A stretch of DNA of 64,000 nucleotides from Dehalococcoidia bacterium (GTDB lineage Bacteria; Chloroflexota; Dehalococcoidia; Lucifugimonadales; UBA3495). The stretch's first letter is position 1; each line of letters opens with the position of its first letter. The stretch is taken from positions 455,189 through 519,188 of the forward strand of contig CBDCEX010000017.1 of NCBI GenBank assembly GCA_965216025.1. The letters are read 5' to 3'. Positions 15,090 through 25,210 of this stretch are shown piece after piece. The notes under the pieces are model-generated. The model made no database searches and was not told the origin of the DNA. It worked only from the letters and a program-made list of their open reading frames with translations. Made by a program: the position numbers and the translations under genes.

Positions 15090-15654
15090 CTATTGGCCGA
15101 CCGGGAAGAAACGAACCAGCCATTCCGCGCTAAAGGCGCAAGCATAGGCAAAGCCCACGAACTTCAGAATTTTCCCGATGAGAACCACCGCCAAGAAACG
15201 CTCCAGCGGGTACCTCAGGGCCCCGGCGGTCACACCGGCCAGGTCAGACCGGGTTGGGGATGAACGCCAGGAGAAACAGCAGCAGCCATCCTCGCAGGCG
15301 CATCCAAGTTCCCAGCCGCTGGGAGACGCGCCCCTCGCTCACTACTCCCCTTCCGCTGTAGCCCAGGAAGTATCCGGTCAACTCCCCAACGGTTTCAGCA
15401 CCGCCGGCGACCAGCCCAACGTAAAGGGGTACCAAGAAAGTGCTGGCGGCGCACACTGTGGCCAGGGCAGGAACCGGAAGGACCATGCTGCTGCTGGCCA
15501 GCAGGGCGGTCAACGCTACGCCCAGGTAACCCGCCTGCTGCAGGGCAATATGGTTGCGTAATAATATGGCTGCGGAAGCTGTACCGATGACCGCCAGAAA
15601 AATTCCCAGTCGCAGGAGATTCTCCGGCCGCCGCCACCGATCATAGCCGATCAA
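15090..15654 (-). CDS. VTT/YqaA (DedA-like) membrane protein, frame-disrupted
   Basis: The 15244..15654 ORF ends at ..AFIPNPV*. The expected continuation DLAGVTAGALRYPLERFLAVVLIGKILKFVGFAYA.. is in another frame down to a stop at 15090-15092. Confidence 0.6.
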
Positions 15655-15693
15655 GCTGACGTCTCCGAGAGAGGATCTTGGGGGACGCCTTGA

Positions 15694-16558
15694 TCAAGAT
15701 TTATCTGGGCTGGAGTGCGAAAGAGAGCCGTCGAGGAATTGCACCAGCAACTCATTGAACTGCTCCGCCTTCTCCATGTGTGGCCAGTGCCCACATTCAG
15801 GAATGACCCTGGTCACGCTCCGGGGCAGCGCTCGCCTAACCGCTGCGGCCTGCGATACCGGAAGAATCGCATCTTCCTCACCCCATATGGTCAGCAGCGG
15901 GGGCTTCAAATCCCGGAGCCGGTCTAAAATATAGCTTTTTCTGCGCTGCCCCAGCAGGTTCACACTGGAGCGAATCGACTGTATGGCGGCGTGGCGGCTT
16001 CCCGGCAAGTTTCTCACTCGGTCCATTTCCGGCAAAACCTCCGCTAAAATGGCAGGAGGACGGAAGAAAATGCGCCTGGCCAGGATTCATAGGGCTCTGC
16101 AGCCGAGGCTGATAAAAAAGCTCGCCAAGCATCGGTACGGACAGGAAACGCAGCAGCCAGGTTACGTGTCGGCCCAGCCCCCCGGGAGCTACCAGAACCA
16201 ATTTCTCCACCTGCTGGGGGTAGGCCAGGGAGAAGAGGCCCACCAGCAGGCCGCCCGCGGAATTCCCCACTAGGGAGACGCGATCCAACTCCAGCTCGAC
16301 TAGAAACTGGCGAATCAACTCCACCGCACCGGCGGGTTCATATTTCAGGTCTTTGGGCTTGTCCGAGTCGCCATGCCCGGGCAAATCTAGGGCCAAAACC
16401 CGGTATCCGCCAGAAACCAAGGCGTCGATATTGCAATACCAGGTCACCTTTGAGGTGGCCAGGCCATGCACCAAAAGTACCGCCGGACCCTCACCAGCCT
16501 CCAGGTAGCGGACGTTGATCCCTGCTCGGGTCACGAAGGTTTTTTGGCAACCCTCCAT
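15694..16558 (-). CDS. Alpha/beta-fold hydrolase, frame-disrupted near 16060
   Basis: The N-terminal ORF has HGLATS, nucleophile elbow GNSAGG. The C-terminal ORF has IWGEEDAILP and catalytic His in ECGHWPHMEK. The two ORFs overlap and are out of frame. Confidence 0.7.
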
Positions 16559-16578
16559 GACAGGCCTGAAGTCCCGCC

Positions 16579-17733
16579 CTAAACCAAAGCCAAGGTGGGA
16601 ACTACATTTTGCAGCGATGGCAAAGGTAGGGAAGGTGTAAAAATCAATGCATCGGCTCGAGCTTGTAACAGGGTTCGGCAGCGATGTTTCACTTCATCCT
16701 TACGGTGAGCTAGTCCGCCGAAGAATGCATTCATCTTCTCTTGGACTTGGGCTTTTGTTCCCAGGCATTCGTTGGCCGTGACCTCTTCCCTGGCCCAGTC
16801 CCAGACGGCTTCGTCGGCATTGAAGTCTGGGCTGTAGGCCGGTAAGGCCACCAGCCTCGGCTGCAAGTCAGGGGTGGTCAAATAGCTGCGAATCGCTGCT
16901 CCTCGGTGGGCTGGCCCATTGTCCCAAATCACTACCAGAGGTCCCAAGATGTTTTTCTCTTAGCTGCCGTAAAAAGGCGGTGGAGGTCTCGGCATTGCTG
17001 TTGCCGGCTATTTCCATGGCTTCCACCTCCCCAGCCTCCAAGCAAACTCCCAAGTAGTAGCAGGCCTTCTCTCCCCACCGAGGACTGGTAGAGTCCACCA
17101 GCGCCGGCTCTCCCTTGAGCACCCATTTCCCCCTCAGATCGGCATCGGCCCGAAAGTGGGCTTCGTCTACGAAGAAGATTTTGGCCCCACTCTCTTGGGC
17201 CTCCTCTCGGATTTGGCTGTACTGGAGGACGAAGGCTTTCCGCGCTTCATCCTTGGCTTTCAGGAGGCGTTTCTTGGGTCGCTTCAGCACGAAGCCCAAC
17301 CGATGGAGGTAGTTCGAGCAACTGCTTCGACTCAGCCCCAGGTCAAAGCTCTGCTTGAGAAATTGCCTCACTACTTTCCAATTCCAGTTGGACAATTCAA
17401 CTCCCGCCTCTCCAGGCGGATTTTGCACCGCAGACTTCAGTTGGTTCTGTTGACCCCAGATCAAGACGGGGGGGAACCCCCAGTCTGTTCAAAGACCAAA
17501 CCTTGGGCCCCGCCTCGGCGAAAGTTGGCCAGCCAGTTTCCAATGGTATGAGGCTCTCTGTCCAAAGCCTCAGCCACCTGGAAAGCCGACCACCCTTGGG
17601 CCAACAACCATAGCCCGTGCCATCGCTCTCGAGGTGTTGGCGCTCGATACATCCTTTCCCGTAAGTCACCTACATTGAGTTGCCACTCTTCCATGAGTTG
17701 CACTATTTCCTTCATCCCTTCCACCACCGCCAC
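16579..17733 (-). CDS. IS630-family transposase read in three frames
   Basis: HTH ORF 17461-17733. DDE part with FFVDEAH (16868-17464), then VIWDNGPAH and DFNADEAVW (16579-16947). The frame changes lie at a G7/C5 run (~17465-17480) and a T5 run (16952-16956). Confidence 0.8.
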
Positions 17734-17808
17734 TCGACTTCTTTTACAGAATATCGCAACTCCTCTTCGGGTTCGCTTTATGTAGGTTTCACCTTAGCTT
17801 TGGTTTAG
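16579..17808 (-). mobile_element. IS630-family insertion sequence
   Basis: Terminal IRs CTAAACCAAAGCCAAGGTGGGAACTACAT (16579-16607) and its imperfect reverse complement (17780-17808). TA at both ends lies within a CTAG context. Confidence 0.85.
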
Positions 17809-20306
17809 GCCGACTGTGCGGCGAGCACCGGCTGAGTCCCCGTTAGGTCCCCGGTTTGGTCCCCGGTTTGGTCCCCGGCTTGGTTCTTGGAAAGGGAGAG
17901 CCCGGAACCGTCAGCGTTTACCACAACATGATCGCCCTCTTGGAACTCCCCGGACAGGATGCCCTTGGACAGGGGATTCTCCAGGAAGCGTTGGATGGCC
18001 CTCCGCAAAGGTCGCGCCCCGTACACCGGGTCGAACCCTTCTTGAGCCAGCCAGCGACTCGCTTCGGGTGTCAACTCGAAGGTGATACCCCGTTCCTCCA
18101 GGCGGTGACCCACTTCCCGAACCATCAGCTCCACTATCTGAATGATCTGCCCCTGGGTCAGCGGGTTGAAGATGATGGTCTCATCGATACGATTCAGGAA
18201 CTCGGGCCGGAAAGTCCGCTTCAAAGCGTCGTTTACCGAGCTTCGCAGCTGCTGCTCGTCCATGACCCGACCCTTCGGGTCGGTACGGAACCCGAAGGGT
18301 TGCCGCTGCAAGTCGTCGGTACCCAGGTTGCTGGTCATGATTATCACGGTATTCCGGAAGTCCACAGTACGGCCGTGGCTATCGGTTAGGCGCCCATCCT
18401 CCAGAATCTGCAGCAGCAGGTTCAACACATCCGGGTGGGCTTTTTCTACCTCGTCGAACAGAATCACCCGATAAGGGCGCCGGCGTACCGCCTCGGTAAG
18501 CTGGTCGGCTTCGACGTATCCAATATAGCCCGGCGGCGCGCCGATGAGACGAGAAACGGTGTGCTTCTCCATGTATTCGGACATGTCGATCCGTACCATG
18601 TTGGACTCATCGTCGAACAGGAATCCAGCCAGAGCCTTGCTGAGCTCGGTCTTGCCCACACCAGTGGGGCCCAAGAAGATGAAGCTGCCAATGGGCCGCT
18701 TGGGGTCGCCGAGACCGGACCGGGAGCGTCGAATCGCTTCGGCCACGGCCACCACGGCCTCATCCTGGCCGATGATCCGCTCATGCAGATTATCCTCCAT
18801 GTGCACCAGGCGCTCCGCTTCCCTCTCCAGCAGGCGGCCTGTGGGAATACCGGTCCAGCGAGAGACCAGCTCGGCGATGTCCAGCTCGTCTACCACCATG
18901 TCGATCTTATTTTCCCCCTGAAGCTCCCGCCGCTCTTGGCCGTACTCCTCTTCCAGCTTGACCCGCTCGGTTCGCAGCTGAGCGGCCCGCTCATATTCCG
19001 AACGCTGGGCCTCCGCCTCTTCCTGGTCTGCCAGCTGGCGGATGCGGCTCTCCTTCTCCTTGAGGACACCGGGCAGAGTCTCGGCATCTATGCGCAGCTT
19101 GCTGGCGGCTTCGTCAATAAAGTCCACCGCCTTGTCGGGCTGAAGGCGGTCGGCGATGTAGCGGTCGCTGAGGCGAGCGGCGGCAACGAGCGCCGAATCG
19201 TCGATCTTAACCTTGTGGTGCGCCTCGTATCTGGGCCGGAGAGCCTGCAGAATCTCCACCGTTTCCTCGACGGTCGGCTCCTCCAGGAAAATAGGCTGGA
19301 AGCGGCGCTCCAGGGCGGAGTCCTTCTCGATGTAGCGGCGGTACTCATCGCCGGTGGTAGCGCCGATGCACTGGAGCTCCCCCCGGGCCAGGGCTGGCTT
19401 GAGCAGGTTGCTGGCGTCGATACCGCCTTCCGCCGCCCCGGCGCCGACCATGGTGTGAATCTCGTCCAGAAACAGGATTACCTCCCGCTCGGCCTGCTTC
19501 ACCTCATCAACCACCGCCTTGAGACGTTCCTCGAACTCGCCCCGAAACTTGGAGCCGGCTACCAGGGCCCCCATGTCCAGAGCGAGCACCCGCCGGCCCT
19601 TTAGCGAGTTGGCCACGTCGCCCGACACTATTCGGGACGCCAGTCCCTCGGCGATGGCCGTTTTACCGACGCCCGCTCCACCGATGATTACCGGGTTGTT
19701 CTTCTTCCGGCGGGTCAGGGTCTGCATAACCTGGCGGATCTCTTCGTTGCGGCCAATGACCGGGTCCAGCTTGCCCTCCCGCGCCAGTTTGGTCAGGTCG
19801 ACGGTATACTTCTCCAGGGAGCGGTAACGGCTTTCCGCCCGGGGGTCATCCACCCGGTGGCTGCCTCTAATTTTCAATAAGGGCTGGTAAATCCCTTCCT
19901 GGTCGACGCCAAACTCCTTCATGACCCGGGCAGCGTCACCCTGGGGCTCCATGACCGCGGCGATAAACAGGTGCTCCACCCCAATAAACTCGTCCCGCAG
20001 GCGTTCCGATTCCTGCCGGGCATTCTCCAGAAGCCGCTGTACCCTGGGGGTGGTGTAGATTTGATTTGCCCCCTGCACTACTCTGGGGGCGGCCTCCAGA
20101 AACTGTCCCGACCGTGACTTCACCGCTTCCACGGAAATATCGAGCTCGCGGAATATCTCCCCCGGCAGGCCGTCTTCCAACCCCAGCAGGGCCAGGAGGA
20201 TATGCTCGACATCCCATTGGCTGTGCTGATGCTGATGCACCAACTCTTGGGAATTCCGCAGTACATCCTGGGCTTGCTCGGTAAATCGTTCAGGTTTCAG
20301 TACCAT
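17805..20306 (-). CDS. clpC: ClpC-type AAA+ chaperone ATPase (Clp/Hsp100 family)
   Basis: Double Clp_N, Walker [10 protein letters not shown] and GPTGVGKTE. About 150 aa lie between [10 protein letters not shown] and the second Walker A, with a UVR-like EYERAAQLR. That is a short ClpC-like linker, not the long ClpB M-domain. Confidence 0.85.
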   Translation of the reverse strand: MVLKPERFTEQAQDVLRNSQELVHQHQHSQWDVEHILLALLGLEDGLPGEIFRELDISVEAVKSRSGQFLEAAPRVVQGANQIYTTPRVQRLLENARQESERLRDEFIGVEHLFIAAVMEPQGDAARVMKEFGVDQEGIYQPLLKIRGSHRVDDPRAESRYRSLEKYTVDLTKLAREGKLDPVIGRNEEIRQVMQTLTRRKKNNPVIIGGAGVGKTAIAEGLASRIVSGDVANSLKGRRVLALDMGALVAGSKFRGEFEERLKAVVDEVKQAEREVILFLDEIHTMVGAGAAEGGIDASNLLKPALARGELQCIGATTGDEYRRYIEKDSALERRFQPIFLEEPTVEETVEILQALRPRYEAHHKVKIDDSALVAAARLSDRYIADRLQPDKAVDFIDEAASKLRIDAETLPGVLKEKESRIRQLADQEEAEAQRSEYERAAQLRTERVKLEEEYGQERRELQGENKIDMVVDELDIAELVSRWTGIPTGRLLEREAERLVHMEDNLHERIIGQDEAVVAVAEAIRRSRSGLGDPKRPIGSFIFLGPTGVGKTELSKALAGFLFDDESNMVRIDMSEYMEKHTVSRLIGAPPGYIGYVEADQLTEAVRRRPYRVILFDEVEKAHPDVLNLLLQILEDGRLTDSHGRTVDFRNTVIIMTSNLGTDDLQRQPFGFRTDPKGRVMDEQQLRSSVNDALKRTFRPEFLNRIDETIIFNPLTQGQIIQIVELMVREVGHRLEERGITFELTPEASRWLAQEGFDPVYGARPLRRAIQRFLENPLSKGILSGEFQEGDHVVVNADGSGLSLSKNQAGDQTGDQTGDLTGTQPVLAAQSA

Positions 20307-20404
20307 TCGTGTTCTCCTTGAGAAAGGTTGCTATGCCGGATCGGAGGGACGTTTTCCGTTGGCGACCCAGGGGTTGGGCGGCGGCAGATATTAAGAATTG
20401 AGTA

Positions 20405-20758
20405 TTAAGAATCGAATTTCGCGCCCTGGGTCCTGGCCTTTAGCCGCAGCTGGAGGCGGGACATCTGACCGGTCAATTCCTTCACTTCCTTCTCCAGCTC
20501 ATCGATCCGCTCCACCAATTTTAAGGCGACCTCGGCGCCGGCCAGATTCATGCCCATCTCTTCGGTGAAGGTCTTGATCCGGAGTAGGCGTTCGATATCC
20601 GCCGGCGAGTAGAGCCGCTGTCTACCGCCGGTGCGGGACGGCCAAATTAGCCCCACTCTCTCGTAATATCGCAAGGTTTGAGCGTGCACGCCGACCATGC
20701 GGGCGGCAATGCTGATGACAAAGCACGGCTGCTGTTGATAAGAATTGTCCTGAGCCAA
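20405..20758 (-). CDS. hspR: MerR-family heat-shock repressor HspR
   Basis: MerR HTH ISIAARMVGVHAQTLRYYERVGLIWPSRTGGRQRLYS. It sits between a J-protein gene and a Clp ATPase gene. Confidence 0.85.
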   Translation of the reverse strand: MAQDNSYQQQPCFVISIAARMVGVHAQTLRYYERVGLIWPSRTGGRQRLYSPADIERLLRIKTFTEEMGMNLAGAEVALKLVERIDELEKEVKELTGQMSRLQLRLKARTQGAKFDS

Positions 20759-20760
20759 AA

Positions 20761-21669
20761 CTAACCCCCTCTGGCAGCGCGACTCTCCCTGAGTCGCCAG
20801 ATTAAATCCTTTTCCTCCGTCGTCAGCCCGGTGGGCAGAACTACTTTCATGGTGGTATAGAGATCACCGCGGACCCCCGGTTGATTCAGGCCCGGCATTC
20901 CCTGCCGCGTCATGCGGAAGCGCTGGCCATTTTGGGTTTCCGGCGGAATGGTCAGAGCAACCCGGCCCGACAAGGTAAGGACAGTGACCTCAGCGCCCAG
21001 AATGGCGTCTTCTAGGGATACGTCTATTTCTCGATACAGGTCCCGTCCCTTGCGTTGAAAGGTTGGGTGAGGCCGGACCGATACAACCAGATTGAAACCA
21101 GCGTCCTTACCGGCCCCGGCCGGGATACGCACCTTGGAGGCATTGTCCACCCCCGCCGGGATCTTGACCTCGATGCGGCGGCCACCGGTGAGCTCCATGA
21201 CCCTGGCGGCTCCCTGGAAGGCCTCCTCCAAGGTCAGGGCTACCGGGTATTCGGTGGAGGTGGTGGAGGCCGGACGGCGGATATCCTGGCCAATGTTTCG
21301 GAAAAGCTGCTCGAATATGTTGCCGCCCCCGCCGCTGGTGGTGGAGGGAGGGGCCTGGCTAGTGGGCGCAGACCAGCTAAAAGTAGTGGGCCCGGCGGTT
21401 TCAGTGGGGCGTCTTCTGGCCTGGGCCGCGGCCTGGTCCAGTTGGTCGGCTTGGGCCCAGTTATCTCCATACCGGTCGTACTTCCGTCGGCTATCGGTTT
21501 CGGAAAGAACGCTATGCGCTTCGTTGATTAACTTGAACTTTTCTTCCGCGCCCTTGTCTCCCGGATTAACATCCGGATGATGCTGACGGGCCAGCTTGCG
21601 AAAGGCCTGGCGGATCTCCCGGGTGTCGGCGTTTCGAGGTATCCCCAGAACGTCGTAGTAGTTGGGCAT
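20761..21669 (-). CDS. cbpA: DnaJ-class co-chaperone without zinc finger (CbpA-like)
   Basis: J-domain YYDVLGIPRNADTREIRQAFRKLARQHHPDVN, a G-rich linker, DnaJ C-terminal domains and no CxxCxGxG repeats. Confidence 0.85.
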   Translation of the reverse strand: MPNYYDVLGIPRNADTREIRQAFRKLARQHHPDVNPGDKGAEEKFKLINEAHSVLSETDSRRKYDRYGDNWAQADQLDQAAAQARRRPTETAGPTTFSWSAPTSQAPPSTTSGGGGNIFEQLFRNIGQDIRRPASTTSTEYPVALTLEEAFQGAARVMELTGGRRIEVKIPAGVDNASKVRIPAGAGKDAGFNLVVSVRPHPTFQRKGRDLYREIDVSLEDAILGAEVTVLTLSGRVALTIPPETQNGQRFRMTRQGMPGLNQPGVRGDLYTTMKVVLPTGLTTEEKDLIWRLRESRAARGG

Positions 21670-21782
21670 AGCTCCACTTCCAATAATCTATTCTATCAGA
21701 GCGATTATACCTAGGCTGACAGGTTTAGTCAATGTAAAGTATTATCAATTATAAGCTAAACCATTAGCTGTCCTGTAAAATA

Positions 21783-21813
21783 CTTGACAAGCATCTATCA
21801 AGGTATGTATGAT
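21783..21813 (+). promoter_or_regulatory. Candidate hsp20 promoter overlapped by a HAIR-like inverted repeat (possible HspR operator)
   Basis: TTGACA 21784-21789 and TATGAT 21808-21813 (18-nt spacer). Palindrome CTTGA-N10-TCAAG at 21783-21802 resembles the HspR HAIR CTTGAGT-N7-ACTCAAG but is 1 nt shorter. Confidence 0.4.
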
Positions 21814-21885
21814 GAAAAGCATCAAGTCAGGAATACAACAGACCATACGCCTGACTGATGAGTTGAATTTAAGGAGGTAACAAGT

Positions 21886-22344
21886 ATGGTACTACGGCAT
21901 TGGGATCCTTTCCACGACATGCGGAGCAGGCACGGTGGAGTAGACCGATTCTGGAATGGATTACCGGCATGGGATGGGTCGCGTGAACCCTACACTTGGG
22001 CGATACCGGTAGATGTTGTTTGTGAGGGCGATGAGATAGTGGTTCATGCTTCTTTGCCGGGAGTAGATCCCGACGACATAGAGGTTTCAGTCGAAGATAA
22101 CCTCTTGACCATCAAAGGGTCTACCAAAGAAATCCCGGAAACGCGGGAGCGCAAAGAGGGTGACTACCTGGTGAAGGAGCGCCGCACCGGTTCTTTCCGG
22201 CGTACCCTGCGCTTGCCCAAAACCGCCGACGCGGACAAGGCCCGACTTCATTACGATAACGGCGTATTGACTGTCAGCTTTCCCCGATTGGAATCGAAGA
22301 AAGTGAAGCGGCTCAAGATAAGTACGGGAGGGGGAACGGGGTAA
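21886..22344 (+). CDS. Hsp20/alpha-crystallin small heat-shock protein
   Basis: AAGGAGG SD 7 nt upstream. Alpha-crystallin core PVDVVCEGDEIVVHASLPGVDPDDIEVSVEDNLLTIKG...SFRRTLRLP...GVLTVSFP. Confidence 0.9.
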   Translation: MVLRHWDPFHDMRSRHGGVDRFWNGLPAWDGSREPYTWAIPVDVVCEGDEIVVHASLPGVDPDDIEVSVEDNLLTIKGSTKEIPETRERKEGDYLVKERRTGSFRRTLRLPKTADADKARLHYDNGVLTVSFPRLESKKVKRLKISTGGGTG

Positions 22345-22377
22345 TCACCCCGGGCATCTTGTCACCCACTGGACCCC

Positions 22378-22408
22378 AGCGAGGGGTCGCTTCGTGCGAC
22401 CCCTCGCT
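22378..22408 (+). terminator. Intrinsic terminator hairpin of hsp20
   Basis: Perfect 13-bp stem AGCGAGGGGTCGC / GCGACCCCTCGCT with a 5-nt loop, followed by GTTT. Confidence 0.65.
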
Positions 22409-22412
22409 GTTT

Positions 22413-23352
22413 GTGTGCCAGGCATGCTGTGCATCTTGGAGGTGAAAGTCCTCTGCGGGCCGTGATGACCGGAACCGCTAGCCTAAGCAAGGGTGTCCAT
22501 CGTGAGGTGGAATCTGAAGGAAGCTGATGGCAAAACTTGGACTCGACGAACAGGAACCGGATAGAAGGCCGGCGCAGTGGGGTAACCCGGCAATGGACGG
22601 GGCGGCCCAATAGTTATTCGGACAGGTGCGCAGGTAAATCCGGCGGGGACCGAGGGAAGGATGCACGGCTTACCCTGGGAGGTCTCTGGGGCTGTCTGGA
22701 GGACCCGACTACCGCACCGGCAACGGTGGGGGAAGGCCCTGGAGAAGTCAGCAGAGGCCATAGTAGTCCCGGTAGGTCGGGATGAAGGGCCGAATCCTCT
22801 ACTGCAAGGAGCCAGTCGGGAGGACTTGATGGGCATAGAGCGGCGGCAAGGCACGGTCTACCAACTCTCACTCCTGGAATGGAGGAGAGGAGGCCGTGCG
22901 CCCCGGCGTCCCTGGTGAAGGCGGAACCGGGACTGGGGCGAACGAGGAGCAGCAAGGGCCCACGGCGTCTGAGCGGAAACGAGCCTTGCCGGAAGCCTTG
23001 ATGGAGGAGGTGATAGAGCCAAAGAACCTGAACCGAGCCTACCAGCGGGTGAAAGCCAACAAAGGAGCGCCGGGGGTTGACGGGATGAGTGTGGATGACC
23101 TGGGCGGCTGGTTGGCGGAACACTGGGAGGAACTAGTGGCGTCGCTGCTGGAAGGCAGCTACCAACCGCAACCGGTGCGGGGAGTGGAAATCCCCAAGCC
23201 GGGAGGTGGAGTGCGACAACTGGGCATCCCCACGGTGGTGGACCGCCTGGTGCAGCAAGGCATCCTCCAGGTGCTGGACCCGCTGTTGGACCCAACCTTT
23301 TCGGAGTCAAGCTACGGTTTCCGTCCCGGGCGAAACGCCCACCAGGCCCTGG
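22413..23352 (+). mobile_element. Group II intron, 5' fragment (domains I-III and the start of the domain IV ORF); 3' part missing
   Basis: It starts with GTGTG four nt after the terminator. About 590 nt of structured non-coding sequence follow (GGTGAAAGTCC, GGAATCTGAAGGAAGC), then an RT ORF. No RT domains 4-7, maturase or domain V/VI follow. Confidence 0.75.
23001..23352 (+). pseudogene. Group II intron reverse transcriptase, N-terminal ~117 codons only
   Basis: MEEVIEPKNLNRAYQRVKANKGAPGVDG...RQLGIPTVVDRLVQQ...YGFRPGRNAHQAL. Similarity stops after HQAL near 23352. Confidence 0.8.
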
Positions 23353-23748
23353 GACACATACACTTGTGCCTTGGGCCGGCCATTCTCCTCGTAGGCGGCG
23401 CATATTTTGATCAGCAGGTTGGCAACCTGCCATACCTTCCCCGGCTGCGCTTTGGCGATTCTTCTGATGACGTACATGGCTACTTATCCTTTTTGTAATG
23501 CGACCTGGATTAAAACGGCCCTGGCTTTCGTTCCGCTATATTCGTCACTCCCTTTCCCCAACTTTGATAGCAAAAATCATCTGATTCTTGGGTTAACGGT
23601 TCCGGAGAGTTGCCGCGTCCGCCCATCGAAAGGAAGTCCCTTTGGCGATTGGGACAGCTTAATATCTGCCCGTGCGAGCATGGGAAACTAAACCAAAGCC
23701 AAGTGGCATCTACTGGCGCGGGTCTCTGGCGGGAGGGTCATGGAGCGT

Positions 23749-24132
23749 CTAACTCTTCTTCCAGAACTGCCACCATCCTCTCGTTGATCGCAGGTCCGCC
23801 ACCATCGACTGCGCCGGCTGGTCTGGCGTGCCCGCTGTGTCGGTTGTGGCCGAATCTAGGGCGGGCCTAACCCCAGGGTCGACAGTAACGCCCTGGGTAC
23901 CGAATAGCTCCCAAGGTCTGAAGGACTCCACGAAATCCTTGGCTTCTTCGATAGATGGGAACCCCTTCCGGGAGCGGCTCGGGTCGTAGCTAAAAGTCTT
24001 CGCCAACGCGTCGATGCCCCGTTTGGTGTCTCGGAACCCTCCAAGCTCCTCTTCATGGCCGTCGTTTTCGTCACTGAGAATCAGGTTCTCTCCCCTTTTT
24101 ACCTTTCGCCAATACACTCTCATGCAAAGCAC
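23749..24132 (-). CDS. Hypothetical protein
   Basis: ORF only. No motif recognised. Confidence 0.3.
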   Translation of the reverse strand: MLCMRVYWRKVKRGENLILSDENDGHEEELGGFRDTKRGIDALAKTFSYDPSRSRKGFPSIEEAKDFVESFRPWELFGTQGVTVDPGVRPALDSATTDTAGTPDQPAQSMVADLRSTRGWWQFWKKS

Positions 24133-24280
24133 TCCTCGACTCCGGTTTCCAGCTTCACGGTTTTGGGACCTTGATAGTCTCTACTTCTAAAATTTGCTCA
24201 CTTGGTCTCGGAGAGGTGTGTTCTCTCTCCAGGTATGGCAACTCCTCGGCGATGGTCAAGTTCCTTAAGTGGCGTGCCCT

Positions 24281-25210
24281 TTACAAGTTGGGCTGTTGCC
24301 TCAGCCGACTGGTGTCGAGGGTGACTAGCCTACGCCTGGCTCGCTTCCCCAGCGCCACCAGGAACATCACGCTTTTACCTTCCGCGTGGGGCGAGAAGAA
24401 TCCGGATACTTGGTCGTCGTAAAACGTCAGGCCAGAGGCCCCCAGTCTTTGGGCATAGGCTGCCAGGTAGATTTTGCCCGCTGTGATACTGGCATCCAGC
24501 TGAGCCAACCGGTAACCCCGGTTACCAAAACGCTCCAGTATCGGATTCAGATTAGTCATGAAGAAAAAGTCGACGCTGGCATCGGCCGGAAGCGGCTGAT
24601 CGAGCCCCAGATGACCAGCTTGCCGACGGTAGTCTCCTTCTTTCAGCAGCTCCAGAGCCTTCAGGTCTCGGTGGAACACATATGCGCCAGATGGGAGGTC
24701 GTCCACAGTGTTCACGATCAGATAAATATCATTGAGAGCAACGCCAGGTTGTCCTAAAAAGTCTGCCGGTATGCCCTGCGTGGCCTTTTCGAGCACCGTC
24801 GACAGCTCCCGGAGGGTTATCGATTCGTGGCTGAAACGGCGTGCGGACCCGCGCCGAACGATGACCGACTCGATGGAGTCCTGGGGCGTCTCGCCGTCAG
24901 AGTAGCGATTTAACGGTACGAGGCGTCCCGAAGGATGGGGCATCAGCATTGCCGGGCCTTCGCCTTGCCAAGAAACCACCTCTGCTTCATCCGTCAGAGA
25001 GGAGGCACCGTGCATCTCCCAAATGGCGGGTAATTCTACCTCGTACTCCGAAATCGGCTGAGTATCCAGCGAAAGTGGCTCTAAGTCGGAAGAGGATCCG
25101 ATTGACGGCTCGGGAACGAATCCAACTGGTACCAACACGAGAGCTACTTCCTGCCGGTTCTCCAGATCCAGCAGGCGGTTAACCGAGCTGTCCACGAATC
25201 CGGCCACCAC
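24281..25210 (-). pseudogene. SagB/ThcOx-type (nitroreductase-fold) dehydrogenase, 5'-truncated at an IS boundary
   Basis: It begins with the tail of a first nitroreductase domain (AGFVDSSVNRLLDLENRQEVALVLVPVG), followed by a complete second domain (VIVRRGSARRF...LIVNTVDDLPSGAYVF...GASGLTFYDD). The ORF opens exactly at the IS inverted repeat. Confidence 0.65.

Noticed and set aside
21829-21875. Inverted repeat AGTCAGG-N18-CCTGACT in the hsp20 leader, considered as an RNA thermometer.
   Set aside because: The stem does not sequester the AAGGAGG Shine-Dalgarno sequence and has no ROSE or fourU features. I mention it only as part of the regulatory region.
22437-22460. GGAGGTGAAAGTCCTCTGCGGGCC resembles the RNase P RNA P4 5' strand (GAGGAAAGTCCGGGC).
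   Set aside because: The region starts with a GTGYG intron 5' end and leads straight into a group II intron RT ORF. No RNase P 3' P4 partner (ACAGAAxCCCGGCTTA-like) follows.
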